From: a virus
Length of the DNA: 55,096 bases
Reading direction: 5' to 3' (one strand)
Virus record (IMG/VR): IMGVR_UViG_3300045988_127072
Coordinates: 1 to 55,096 of that record
Made by a program: the position numbers and the translations under genes. The notes under the pieces are model-generated. The model did not search any database. It worked only from the letters and a program-made list of their open reading frames with translations, and had not been told where the DNA came from. This document shows, one piece after another, positions 38,928 to 47,599 of the stretch; position 1 is the stretch's first letter, and the number at the start of each line of letters is the position of its first letter.

Positions 38928-39110
38928 TCAACTACAGGCTTTCTTGTTGAAAATCTTGTCACGGGGCTGGAAATGCTGTCTATCGTTTTCTTTCTTCGCC
39001 CTGTCAATCCATCTTTGGAATTTGGCGGCTACAATAGGACAGTGGATGCGTAGGTTCCTGTCGCGTTCCGCTTCCCATTCACGTATCTTTGTCTGCATCT
39101 CGGTATTCAT
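38928..39110 (-). CDS. hypothetical small protein
   Basis: 60-aa ORF. Confidence 0.45.
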   Translation of the reverse strand: MNTEMQTKIREWEAERDRNLRIHCPIVAAKFQRWIDRAKKENDRQHFQPRDKIFNKKACS

Positions 39111-39128
39111 AAATTTCTCCTTTTTTCG

Positions 39129-39296
39129 TTATGATTCTTTCTTTTGAAAACTGTTACAAATTTGCCCGTATCTGTCACAGGCGCACACTCTATGCCCTTT
39201 GGCCCTGCAATACGCAGAATTGTCCCCGAAGTCCGAAGCATTCTTGCAGTTCCGGCATTTGACATATACAATTTCCGGTTTGACTTTCTTTGCCAT
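39129..39296 (-). CDS. small Cys-rich zinc-finger-like ORF (55 aa, not in ORF track)
   Basis: MAKKVKPEIVYVKCRNCKN...CRAKGHRVCACDRYGQIC. Starts 3 nt after the dnaB stop. Confidence 0.45.
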   Translation of the reverse strand: MAKKVKPEIVYVKCRNCKNASDFGDNSAYCRAKGHRVCACDRYGQICNSFQKKES

Positions 39297-39298
39297 AT

Positions 39299-40672
39299 TT
39301 AAAATGGATTGTTATCCTCTTCAGTGCTATTACTTGATATGGGAATAATGTTCAAGTCGTAAAAGTGAGTAGATGCGGCATTGAAACCACAGATAAACTT
39401 CAATAGCCCTATATTCCTGCCTTTAGCTATATCAATCATGGCAGTTCCTTTTGTGTCCACGTCTGAAAACTCATCAGGATAACGTTTCCCTTTTACCTCG
39501 GGGCGATAAATCAGCATGACTATATCTGCTGCTTCCGCTATCTGTCCACTATCCCTTAACCTTGCCAATGTAGGTACAGGGTTAAGATTATCCCTATTCA
39601 TCTGTGACAATGCAATAATCCATATATCCAAATCCTTTGCCAGATTCTTCAGCCTTCTTGCAACCTCTCCCATCTGCTGTTCTTTGTTGCTTCCCTTCAT
39701 GTTAACATTCAAAATCTGTAAATAATCAACCACAGCCCCGTCTATCCCATTTTTTAATTTCATTTGACGGATTGAGGATATTATCGTGTCGATATTGGAC
39801 GTGCTCCTGTCATCGAAATAGATTTGCATTTTTGATACAGTATCCACAGCTCGGTCTACATTTTCCAACTGCATACCGGAAAGCGGTGAGTAAAGTATAA
39901 CATTTGAAGGAATACCACTTATCATTGAAATGATTCTAGACGTAATCTGTTCCTTCTTCATCTCCATTGAATACATGGCTATCTTAGCACCTGCTATTGC
40001 AGCGTTTTTCATCATGCTTACAGCAAGGCTAGTTTTTCCTTGGCTTGTTTCACCCGCAATTATTATCAGGTCTGATTTTTGAAGCCCGCCTGTTTTCCCG
40101 TCTATCTTGTCAAATCCGGTCGGTGTACCTGTCAATTCTGTTTTTTCCGACATGTTGCGGTTTATCGTTTCATACACGGATTCTATGCTTTCCTTGACTG
40201 TGCTGATAGAATTACAATTGGATGAGAACAGATTAGCAAGCTGGTCTGACACTTTTTGCACGACATCGGCAATATCTTCCTTCTCATTAAAAGCGTTACT
40301 GTCAAGATAACTCCCAATATCAAAAAAACGTCTTCGTATCATCAGATCATGAAGTCTGCACGCATATTGATACAGATCGAATGTGTACATTCCTGAAATC
40401 TTTACCAGCTCATATAAACTAAAGTCCGGATAGGAGAACTCCAGTTTTGATTTCACACTGACAGCATCGGCCCTTCCTCCGGAATCTGTTATCTCCAATA
40501 CAGTCCTGTATATCTGTTTGTGAAAATCGTTATAGAAACAATTTTCAGTAAGGATATCCCTCACTTCGTAAATGGTATCTCTCTCGCTTAGAATGGTCCC
40601 AAGAACACGTTTCTCACATTCTTCATCTCTTGGTAATATACGCATTCCACTCGGTATTATTTCATTTTTCAT
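39299..40672 (-). CDS. dnaB: replicative DNA helicase DnaB
   Basis: 457 aa. N-terminal DnaB domain (RVLGTILSE...), Walker A GETSQGKTS, and LSQMNRD...RDSGQIEQDAD-like LRDSGQIAEAADIV. Confidence 0.9.
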   Translation of the reverse strand: MKNEIIPSGMRILPRDEECEKRVLGTILSERDTIYEVRDILTENCFYNDFHKQIYRTVLEITDSGGRADAVSVKSKLEFSYPDFSLYELVKISGMYTFDLYQYACRLHDLMIRRRFFDIGSYLDSNAFNEKEDIADVVQKVSDQLANLFSSNCNSISTVKESIESVYETINRNMSEKTELTGTPTGFDKIDGKTGGLQKSDLIIIAGETSQGKTSLAVSMMKNAAIAGAKIAMYSMEMKKEQITSRIISMISGIPSNVILYSPLSGMQLENVDRAVDTVSKMQIYFDDRSTSNIDTIISSIRQMKLKNGIDGAVVDYLQILNVNMKGSNKEQQMGEVARRLKNLAKDLDIWIIALSQMNRDNLNPVPTLARLRDSGQIAEAADIVMLIYRPEVKGKRYPDEFSDVDTKGTAMIDIAKGRNIGLLKFICGFNAASTHFYDLNIIPISSNSTEEDNNPF

Positions 40673-41204
40673 CTTTCATAAACTCAAATTGTTTTAAAAC
40701 AGCGTTATACAAAACATCCCATTTGGAACGGATGTCTACTCTGCCTTCAATTGTGCATAATGCGTTTTTAAACATATCGTTCCCATATTTGTCTCGTAAA
40801 AGCAAAAACTCTTCTTCCGTAGGCAATCGCATATTGGAAAAACAATACGGTGCTTGTTTCTTGATATACGACAGGAATTTGTGATATGTCTTGTTGCATT
40901 CGGAAGATTTCAGCAAAGCATCATTCGTATCCTGAAACAAATTTGTAGCCCCTCTTTTTATCTCAGTCAATATCCAGTTTCTGAAATGCTCCATAAAGCC
41001 TTTCCTGTCTTTCGAGATAGTTCCTCCGGCTTTTAGGCTTATCACGAACTTGTCAAGCCATAGAAGAAACATATCATGGTCGAAAACCTTTATCCCGTTA
41101 CGGTACAAATGAAGCCTTATTGCTTCTTCCCATCCGCTATCTGCTGACAGCTCATGTTGCAATTCACTGAGGGGTATATCACAACTTCCAAAATCAGAAC
41201 CCAT
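40662..41204 (-). CDS. replication-module protein of unknown function (helicase-loader position)
   Basis: 180-aa ORF between the initiator and DnaB; overlaps dnaB by 11 nt. Confidence 0.5.
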   Translation of the reverse strand: MGSDFGSCDIPLSELQHELSADSGWEEAIRLHLYRNGIKVFDHDMFLLWLDKFVISLKAGGTISKDRKGFMEHFRNWILTEIKRGATNLFQDTNDALLKSSECNKTYHKFLSYIKKQAPYCFSNMRLPTEEEFLLLRDKYGNDMFKNALCTIEGRVDIRSKWDVLYNAVLKQFEFMKDEK

Positions 41205-41238
41205 TTTTTCTTTTACTCTATTTATAGAGTTTTCTTTA

Positions 41239-41763
41239 TTATTTCCTTTTCTTTTGTGTACTTTTCTCGGAGGAAATGCCTATTTCCTCGGAGGAAATGC
41301 CTATTTCCTCGGAGGAAATGCCTATTTCTTCGGAGGAAATGCCTATTTCTTCGGAGGAAATGCCTATTTCTTCGGAGGAAATAAGTCCAAATTCATCAAA
41401 TTGACATACACGTCTCAACGGGTCACAAATACTCTTATAACGTTCCTGAATCCCCTTCGATGTAATTACTTTGTCAGAATCATACAGTTTTTTAGAAAAC
41501 AACCCGACTATCAGGCAGCATTTAAAGACTTCCTGTATATACGCCTCTTCAAACCCGGTTTGTTCCGAGATAATAAAGGGCAACTCATCATCCCACCTCA
41601 CGTAGTACCCTTGTTTGTAGATAATACATAGCAGGAGAGCATATACAGTTACAGCTTTACCGCCTTGATACTTGATTAGTTTTCTAATGCGTATATCCTG
41701 AAAGAAATCCACGTCCATAGGGAAATAATCAAGTCCTAATTTTCTATTTCTTCCCATGACCAC
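41239..41763 (-). CDS. DUF4373-type (Lin1244/Lin1753-like) replication initiator-like protein with C-terminal ISSEEIG repeats
   Basis: LDYFPMDVDFFQDIRIRKLIKYQGGKAVTVYALLLCIIY matches the DUF4373 N-terminal pattern. The C-terminus carries 5.5 heptad repeats encoded by the iterons. Confidence 0.7.
   Translation of the reverse strand: MVMGRNRKLGLDYFPMDVDFFQDIRIRKLIKYQGGKAVTVYALLLCIIYKQGYYVRWDDELPFIISEQTGFEEAYIQEVFKCCLIVGLFSKKLYDSDKVITSKGIQERYKSICDPLRRVCQFDEFGLISSEEIGISSEEIGISSEEIGISSEEIGISSEEIGISSEKSTQKKRK
41268..41383. repeat. 5.5 tandem 21-bp iterons (candidate origin of replication) inside the initiator gene
   Basis: cggaggaaatgcctatttcct/t repeated head to tail. Each unit contains the dyad GGAAAT-n4-ATTTCC. 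Confidence 0.8.
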
Positions 41764-41885
41764 TTTTAGGGCATTTAGGTATATGTTCTATTTCATTCAT
41801 TATTTCTCCTATTGTTTTCATGATTTATGATATAAGAGGTGTGGCAGCCTTGTATAAGGCTACCAACACTTGGTTAATTATATTT

Positions 41886-42077
41886 TTATCTTATTTTGGT
41901 TATTTCCTCGTGTATGATGTACAGCGTGCCTACATCATCTTTAAACTGCCCCAATGATTCTTCGTCAACAATGGAAGCGTAGTTAAAGAGTAATTGCACG
42001 ATATTCTTTGCTAATTCCTCAGAGGTAATAAAATTGTTTAGCATCTCATTGAATGAAGTGAAGTCGTACTGTTTCAT
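41886..42077 (-). CDS. hypothetical early protein
   Basis: Trimmed to MKQYDFTSF (ATG 42077), forming an ATGA overlap with the 42074 stop. Confidence 0.5.
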   Translation of the reverse strand: MKQYDFTSFNEMLNNFITSEELAKNIVQLLFNYASIVDEESLGQFKDDVGTLYIIHEEITKIR

Positions 42078-42256
42078 AGAAGACCTCCTTTCTTCACTGA
42101 GATAAAGCACAATAAAAAGGGAATTATAAACAAGATAGGGTTAATGATAGTGAGTACTAGCATTAATAACATGAAAATGGCTTTTACGTTAGCCGATAAC
42201 GTAGATGTAGAAGTTACTGTACTTCGCTTCTGCTCTAATTTCATGGAGTTTGGCAT
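42074..42256 (-). CDS. small membrane protein
   Basis: 60 aa with a hydrophobic stretch IFMLLMLVLTIINPILFIIPFLLCFI. Confidence 0.5.
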   Translation of the reverse strand: MPNSMKLEQKRSTVTSTSTLSANVKAIFMLLMLVLTIINPILFIIPFLLCFISVKKGGLL

Positions 42257-42455
42257 ACGATGAAATTTGAGTTATGTATAAAAGGAAAGCCGTTAGCCTC
42301 CCAAAGTCGCCAAACTCCGACTAAATTCGCATAACGAAAGCAGTCCGTAGGGAAAACTAACGGCTATATCTTTGCGATAAAAGCTGTCAAGTAGATATAA
42401 AAATATCCACTTTCGATATGCTATATAAAATCAAAGTTTGGCGAACTTTTCACCG

Positions 42456-42463
42456 CAAAGATA
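42456..42463 (-). promoter_or_regulatory. candidate -7 promoter box TATCTTTG (minus), part of a 10-bp inverted repeat
   Basis: Minus strand matches TAnnTTTG. Its inverted partner at 42367..42374 gives the same box on the plus strand. Confidence 0.3.
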
Positions 42464-42493
42464 CAACTCAAATTCAAAACACCAAAATAAAAT

Positions 42494-42901
42494 TCAAATA
42501 TCTTTCAAATAATTATCCACCACTTTAATAAACTCGTCCAATGATCGGACAACAACGTACTTGTTACCATTCGCCTCACATTCCTTTTGCCATTCTTTTT
42601 GTACCGGCCTTTGGTATTCTCCAGGCTTTTTCATTTCCACACACAAAGCTCCATAGAAGCGGTTGCTCTTTAGAAGTATCAAATCTGCAACTCCGGGAAG
42701 CATACCTTCATCTTTCATATAAGCACCATTCCTTGCAGAACGTCTTGCCGCATTAGGAACAGCAAACAACATATTCCTGAGATGGGGATATTTTAAACGG
42801 AAATATTTAACACAAGAACATTGTATTTTATGCTCTTCATTTTTGGGCTTACTACGGCTGCTTGCCACACAAGCCTTGGATTTCATCTCTTCGTATGTCA
42901 T
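42494..42901 (-). CDS. VRR-NUC domain nuclease
   Basis: EHKIQCSCVKYFRL...FAVPNAARRS...GMLPGVADLILL...CVEMKKPG...Q..W matches the VRR-NUC PD-(D/E)XK pattern. Confidence 0.75.
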   Translation of the reverse strand: MTYEEMKSKACVASSRSKPKNEEHKIQCSCVKYFRLKYPHLRNMLFAVPNAARRSARNGAYMKDEGMLPGVADLILLKSNRFYGALCVEMKKPGEYQRPVQKEWQKECEANGNKYVVVRSLDEFIKVVDNYLKDI

Positions 42902-42913
42902 AGTTTTATTTCT

Positions 42914-43138
42914 TTATGTAGTATGGCATTGTTTCAACAATTTATTTATCTCTCTTATTTCTATCTTCTTCCGACGAATAGAGACGGTTAAATCATGAAC
43001 TTTTTTATCGTTGCTTACTATAGCAAGTCTTTCTCTATAAACCTCTATTTTATCAAATATAGAATCTCTTAGATTTTGCAATTCTTCTTTTGACAGACCT
43101 ATTATTTTATCTTTAAAAGTATCTGCGTATGTCTTCAT
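42914..43138 (-). CDS. hypothetical coiled-coil protein
   Basis: Trimmed to MKTYADTF (ATG 43138). The track extension translates a terminator hairpin. Confidence 0.5.
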   Translation of the reverse strand: MKTYADTFKDKIIGLSKEELQNLRDSIFDKIEVYRERLAIVSNDKKVHDLTVSIRRKKIEIREINKLLKQCHTT

Positions 43139-43147
43139 AATTTTCCT

Positions 43148-43179
43148 AATTAAAAGCCCCGAAGCGTATTCTCCGGGGC
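43148..43179 (-). terminator. rho-independent terminator
   Basis: Minus strand reads GCCCCG gagaatacgctt CGGGGC followed by TTTTAATT. Confidence 0.5.
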
Positions 43180-43230
43180 ACAACCATTATTTACTAACCA
43201 TTGCCATTTATGTGTGGCTCACATTTATGA

Positions 43231-43254
43231 GGGATAAGCAGGAGTCGAACCTAC
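43231..43254 (-). other. tRNA 3-prime-end-like fragment (T-arm + acceptor strand); possible attP core
   Basis: Minus strand reads GTAGG TTCGACT CCTGC TTATCCC, a canonical T-stem/T-loop shape. No D arm or anticodon arm can be folded upstream. Confidence 0.35.
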
Positions 43255-43480
43255 ACAAGTATCGTCTGATTTCTCGCTTTCGTCCGTAGATTGGCTATCC
43301 TACGATCTTTAAACTACTCAACAAATGTATTACTCTCAGCTACGGTCTTGATGACTTCCATTTCTATGTACACTTGAAATTTCCATTCATTAGTCTTAGC
43401 ACCATATGACCATTTTATCCCATGTTTGCCCACCCTATCTTCACAGGCCGAGCAGGCATGTAAACAAATGCCCGACTATA

Positions 43481-43933
43481 TCAATCAGTCAACCCAAATT
43501 TAATTTTAATAACATCGATGATGGCTTTATACTGCTTCTCATAGATTGTGCCCGAATGGGTTTCTTCCACTCTCTTTTCAAACTCTTCAATACTCCCACG
43601 GAAGCATCCGCATGTTATTTCCACTTTGTTTTCTTTTGTCAGGTAGGCATGGGTGTGGCGGTTGGCAGAACCGAAACAGTCAAATCCGCAATGTTTATTA
43701 TTGTTGTCTATCTCAGCATTGCCGGACACCCGAGCATTGCCGGACACCCGAGCATCGCCGTACACCCAAGCATTGCTTTCTTGGTCTAAGTTCTCATCTT
43801 TCTCAACATATCCTCCCAAATCACCTTCCTTGGCATATTTGAAAGACTTTGTACACTTGATTTGGAATAACTTCACTCCAAAAGCATTGATTATAAAGTT
43901 ATCTGTTAGCTCAAATTTCTTTTCCATATTCAT
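43481..43933 (-). CDS. hypothetical protein with short hexapeptide-type repeats
   Basis: 150 aa. GDARVSGNARVSGNAEI is encoded by 3.4 tandem 18-nt units at 43716..43776. Confidence 0.6.
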   Translation of the reverse strand: MNMEKKFELTDNFIINAFGVKLFQIKCTKSFKYAKEGDLGGYVEKDENLDQESNAWVYGDARVSGNARVSGNAEIDNNNKHCGFDCFGSANRHTHAYLTKENKVEITCGCFRGSIEEFEKRVEETHSGTIYEKQYKAIIDVIKIKFGLTD

Positions 43934-44030
43934 TCAAAATTAAAATTATCCTCACCGTTAGGTTCTTCATCCGACATATCATTACCGAAGTCCATCGGGA
44001 TGAACCAGTCTGAAATATAGTCTTGCATAA

Positions 44031-44252
44031 TCATTCCTCCTTTGTCTTATTACGTTCCTTAATCATTGCATCAGCTATTTGGTAAGCTGTTTTAGCCTGT
44101 CCTTCATGATTGTAGTTTATAACACTTTCTTCTTCGGATGGGAAAAACAATGTTACAACTCTGTTCCATAAAGTTCTCCTGCGTTTTGCTGTCATCATTA
44201 TGCACTTCATCGCTTCAAGCGCAATATGATCTCGTGATATGTTGCTTTCCAT
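44031..44252 (-). CDS. hypothetical early protein
   Basis: 73-aa ORF. Confidence 0.5.
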   Translation of the reverse strand: MESNISRDHIALEAMKCIMMTAKRRRTLWNRVVTLFFPSEEESVINYNHEGQAKTAYQIADAMIKERNKTKEE

Positions 44253-44254
44253 AA

Positions 44255-44728
44255 TCAGTCCTCTTCTTGTATTAGTCGTTTAATCAATTCTTTTTTCCAT
44301 CCTTGAATAAATCCATTCTCATCAATATTCATAATGATGTAGTCGCCATATCCTTCATCTGCCGGACACATAATCTTAGGTACATATCCGTCATAAGAGG
44401 TGATAACGTTTTTGTTCCCATCAAGAATATCACAAAGGAAATCATCGCACACTTTATAATGAACACGGGCAGTTGTTCCTTGGGACCAGTTGACTATTTG
44501 TCCTGTTTCAATATCTATCAGTGGTCGCCAACGCCAGTTATAACCACGCAGCACCATGTGTTGTTCTCCCATATATTCGGCACAAGGCATCTGGGGGATT
44601 CCATCCGTTTCTTCACAATCGGTATCCTCCATACCGTTGATGTATCCGTCATCCCAATAGCGTACACCTGCATCCACTTCTAAGTAGACCGCTTCAAATT
44701 CTGTTGGTTTGTTGATTGTAATTTTCAT
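44255..44728 (-). CDS. hypothetical early protein
   Basis: 157-aa ORF. Confidence 0.6.
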   Translation of the reverse strand: MKITINKPTEFEAVYLEVDAGVRYWDDGYINGMEDTDCEETDGIPQMPCAEYMGEQHMVLRGYNWRWRPLIDIETGQIVNWSQGTTARVHYKVCDDFLCDILDGNKNVITSYDGYVPKIMCPADEGYGDYIIMNIDENGFIQGWKKELIKRLIQEED

Positions 44729-44729
44729 A

Positions 44730-44888
44730 TTATTTTAATTGATTAATAACTTGTCTTTTGATTTTCTTGTACAGCTTCCCGACAAAACGTCCATGCTTCT
44801 CTGTTCCGTCATCGGGCAACTCGTTTTTATAAATATGAAGGAGTAACTGGATGAGAAGCACTTCTTGTTTTGTCAAAGTAAGTTTCAT
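44730..44888 (-). CDS. small ORF (52 aa, not in ORF track)
   Basis: MKLTLTKQEVLLIQLLLHIYKNELPDDG... ATGA overlap with the upstream stop; its own stop lies 1 nt before the next ATG. Confidence 0.4.
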   Translation of the reverse strand: MKLTLTKQEVLLIQLLLHIYKNELPDDGTEKHGRFVGKLYKKIKRQVINQLK

Positions 44889-45268
44889 TTGTCTATAAGT
44901 TTAAGTATATCCATAACCGAATTAACATCGGTAAGAATTTCATTGAAAGTTGGTGCCTTCTGCCCCAAAAATCCGCATTGCAAATACTTGTGCTTACCCT
45001 CTCCGAAGATGCGGCATATCTTCGGTCTGCGGTCGTATATGTTACACTTGTAATCGTAACGCTGGAACGGGCATCTGTTTTCTGCAATGTCCTCATTTGT
45101 GATAGCTACCACATTGTTTCCCCCCAATTCGGGATTGTTACCTGCATCCTCAAACCTGATTATAGGTCTGACGATTCGATTCTTTAAAGCTGTGAAGTAA
45201 CCTTTAGGAATTGGGACATTGCAACAACAATTTGCAGAACACTTACTTATATCACATTTTAATCTCAT
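44885..45268 (-). CDS. YkgJ-type zinc/iron-chelating (CxxCxxCC-like) domain protein
   Basis: KCSANCCC near the N-terminus and RCPFQRYDYKCNIYDRRPKICRIFG, typical of the family. Confidence 0.6.
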   Translation of the reverse strand: MRLKCDISKCSANCCCNVPIPKGYFTALKNRIVRPIIRFEDAGNNPELGGNNVVAITNEDIAENRCPFQRYDYKCNIYDRRPKICRIFGEGKHKYLQCGFLGQKAPTFNEILTDVNSVMDILKLIDK

Positions 45269-45270
45269 AT

Positions 45271-45705
45271 CTATCTGTTTCTATATTCTCTCATCATTTC
45301 CTCATAACCTACATCGCCGTAGTATGGTAGGTAACATCCGAAATCTGCCTGTGCCCACATTTTGAATTTATCCATAAATGAGGATAGTTCGGTAACAGAC
45401 ATTTCGCTTGTCTTGTAGTCCTCCCAATCCGTTTCACCAGTAACAACATTGATTACAGGCTTACGTCCAAGAAGTTTCCTTTTCACATCACGCTTGCACT
45501 CGTCAAACGTACAGCCTATCTCTTTCGCAAAAACAGAGAACCACAAGTGAACTGTGTTGTTTTGCCTTATGGTTCTCATTTGCTCTTCGGACAGGTTTCT
45601 TTCCTTGACCTCTGTAAGTTCAAAAGGTCTCTGCCCATTTATCAGCTTGTTGAAACGGACGGTTGCCTTTTGAACGTCAAGAGGTAATTTAGGATCGTAA
45701 CGCAT
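45271..45705 (-). CDS. hypothetical recombination-module protein
   Basis: 144-aa ORF directly downstream of ssb. Confidence 0.55.
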   Translation of the reverse strand: MRYDPKLPLDVQKATVRFNKLINGQRPFELTEVKERNLSEEQMRTIRQNNTVHLWFSVFAKEIGCTFDECKRDVKRKLLGRKPVINVVTGETDWEDYKTSEMSVTELSSFMDKFKMWAQADFGCYLPYYGDVGYEEMMREYRNR

Positions 45706-45708
45706 AGG

Positions 45709-46116
45709 TTAAAATGGCAAGTCGTCTGATTCTTTAGCCGCTTGCTGCGTTGTTGAAGGGGCTGATTTAGTATCTTGACCGTTTCCGTCCTTCTTTGGTG
45801 TAAGCAACTCAATCTCCGTTGCCGTGACTTCCCAAGCCGTATATTTAACCCCGTCTTTCTCGTACTCACGGGAAAGCATCTTTCCTTCCACAAAGAGTTT
45901 ATCGCCCTTGTTGACGTACTTTTCTACAATCTCCGCAAGACCTCTCCAAAGACCGATACGAAACCAAGTTGTTCTGTCTTCTATCTTCTTACCGTCTTTC
46001 GTTGTGTATCCTTTTTCGGTTACACCCAAAGACATTGAAGCCACTTTTGAATCGCCTATCGTTCTTATCTCCGGCTGGTTCCCGACATTTCCTATTAATG
46101 ATATTCTGTTGTGCAT
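45709..46116 (-). CDS. ssb: single-stranded DNA-binding protein
   Basis: OB-fold N-terminus (ISLIGNVGNQPEIR...TTWFRIGLWRGLAE), a flexible tail, and an acidic tip DDLPF. Confidence 0.9.
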   Translation of the reverse strand: MHNRISLIGNVGNQPEIRTIGDSKVASMSLGVTEKGYTTKDGKKIEDRTTWFRIGLWRGLAEIVEKYVNKGDKLFVEGKMLSREYEKDGVKYTAWEVTATEIELLTPKKDGNGQDTKSAPSTTQQAAKESDDLPF

Positions 46117-46117
46117 G

Positions 46118-47017
46118 TTATTCTATTGTTTTTAATGTTACACTTCCAACTACTGGAATCTCTTTTAAATATTTCTTATACAAATCAGGATAATCTTTCT
46201 CAAACGCCTTCTTGTCGAAATCCTTTCTGATAGTGTCCTTTTTGCGAGTAAATGATATGATATCACCTTTCCAACTATATTCACCGGCTTCTACCATAGC
46301 CATCATAACGCCATCAGTTATTTCTTTCTTTTTATCAGACCAGTATTTTGCCTGTGACACAATTTCCTGTATTGTCCTCTCCATCTTTCGGTACTCGTCA
46401 GGAAGAGTAACAGGGGATATGGAATAGGGATTCACAAACTGTCTGCCTTCCGAATCACATTTCAACAGATTCATTACAACTTCTGATGGTATTCTCTCGA
46501 CTTCTACTATCTCATGGTTTTTGCCTCTCAACCATATACCTATAAGCCTTACCGCATTGCATCCCGGATTCTGCAACTCAAAAAGGTATGCATATATACT
46601 CAACTGCCATCTTACAGATTCCTTGTCAAGTACGTAGGTGGTCTTTATATCACCTAAAGTAAAATCCGTATCATTTTCGCGATAAACCTTGTCGATACAG
46701 CTTGCATAGTGCTCATTGTCAGATACAAGATATTCGGAACATTCGTATCTCAATCCCCAATCATCTTTCAGTTCCTTGTATCCTTGTGCTTCGTCGCTGT
46801 CATGAGTTATCCCCATATCATCAACAAGTTCGCATATACAGTGGATCATAGTACCTCTTTCAGCCGCTTTCCTTAACACGTCTTCGGGAACATCACGGTA
46901 TTTATCGGGGAAAAGCTGTCTGCCTATCACGGAAGTAATACCGCTTAGTTCCTTATCCCCTAGCATATAAGTATGTTCATCGGGATTGAAAACGACTTGT
47001 GATTTGATTAGTTTCAT
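46118..47017 (-). CDS. PD-(D/E)XK family exonuclease (recombination exonuclease)
   Basis: GTMIHCICE ... LGDIKTT ... WQLSIYAY motifs. Paired with the ERF-family annealase immediately upstream. Confidence 0.6.
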   Translation of the reverse strand: MKLIKSQVVFNPDEHTYMLGDKELSGITSVIGRQLFPDKYRDVPEDVLRKAAERGTMIHCICELVDDMGITHDSDEAQGYKELKDDWGLRYECSEYLVSDNEHYASCIDKVYRENDTDFTLGDIKTTYVLDKESVRWQLSIYAYLFELQNPGCNAVRLIGIWLRGKNHEIVEVERIPSEVVMNLLKCDSEGRQFVNPYSISPVTLPDEYRKMERTIQEIVSQAKYWSDKKKEITDGVMMAMVEAGEYSWKGDIISFTRKKDTIRKDFDKKAFEKDYPDLYKKYLKEIPVVGSVTLKTIE

Positions 47018-47586
47018 TTCAGTTCTCCTTTCCTTCTTGTCACCGCTTCAACAAAACGTTTGTCACTCTGTAATTCCTTATAGTTTCCCCATACTACCTG
47101 TAATGTCTCGATTGACAGGCTTGATCTTACTTCCTGCAATGCCATCGCAAGGAAATCCGTTTCCTCAGGTGTCGTACTATCAGGGTCCTTTTGCTCTTCT
47201 GTAGGAATCAGAAACATTTGAAGTAGAGAATATTTCAACGCTATGCTCATACATTTATTAAAACCCTTATCGGAACTGTCCTGAGCTTCTCCTACATTTA
47301 CCGTTTCAACATACGATCCGTCAGTGGTCATGTACTTGAACTTTATCGTAGCTCTTGTGAATGTGTTCGTACCGCCGGATTTCGTTATCCTGTTCTCTGT
47401 TGTGAAGCTCTGCACTTCCTGTAGTATGAATACCTCATTTTTTGAGAATAATTCATGAAGTTCGTTCATAACATTGTCAATACCACGAAATTTGAACCCC
47501 TGTTGCTGGTTATTCTCCGATTTGGTGATAGCCTTTGTTTCTTTGAGGATATTGGCTATCTTACTGTATATTAACTGTTCACTCAT
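47014..47586 (-). CDS. ERF-family single-strand annealing protein
   Basis: FKFRGIDNVMNELHELFSKNEVF and GEAQDSSDKGFNKCMSIALKYSLLQMFLIPTEE match the ERF pattern. Confidence 0.7.
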   Translation of the reverse strand: MSEQLIYSKIANILKETKAITKSENNQQQGFKFRGIDNVMNELHELFSKNEVFILQEVQSFTTENRITKSGGTNTFTRATIKFKYMTTDGSYVETVNVGEAQDSSDKGFNKCMSIALKYSLLQMFLIPTEEQKDPDSTTPEETDFLAMALQEVRSSLSIETLQVVWGNYKELQSDKRFVEAVTRRKGELK

Positions 47587-47599
47587 ATAAAATTATTAT

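Noticed and set aside
41268-41383. CRISPR-like array
   Set aside because: The 21-bp units are directly abutting with no spacers and are translated in frame as ISSEEIG repeats. I interpret them as iterons or a coding tandem repeat.
43225-43310. Complete tRNA gene on the minus strand
   Set aside because: Only the T-arm and the 3-prime acceptor strand fit. The best 5-prime acceptor pairing (AGGATAG) has a terminal mismatch, and no D-stem or 5-bp anticodon stem with a 7-nt loop can be drawn in the intervening 40 nt. It is kept only as a tRNA-like fragment.
43716-43776. Non-coding tandem repeat or minisatellite (18-bp units)
   Set aside because: The units lie inside ORF 43481..43933 and encode G(D/N)ARVS hexapeptide-type repeats. 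The antisense plus-strand ORFs here (43406..43789, 43546..43842, 43653..43943) are low-complexity by-products.
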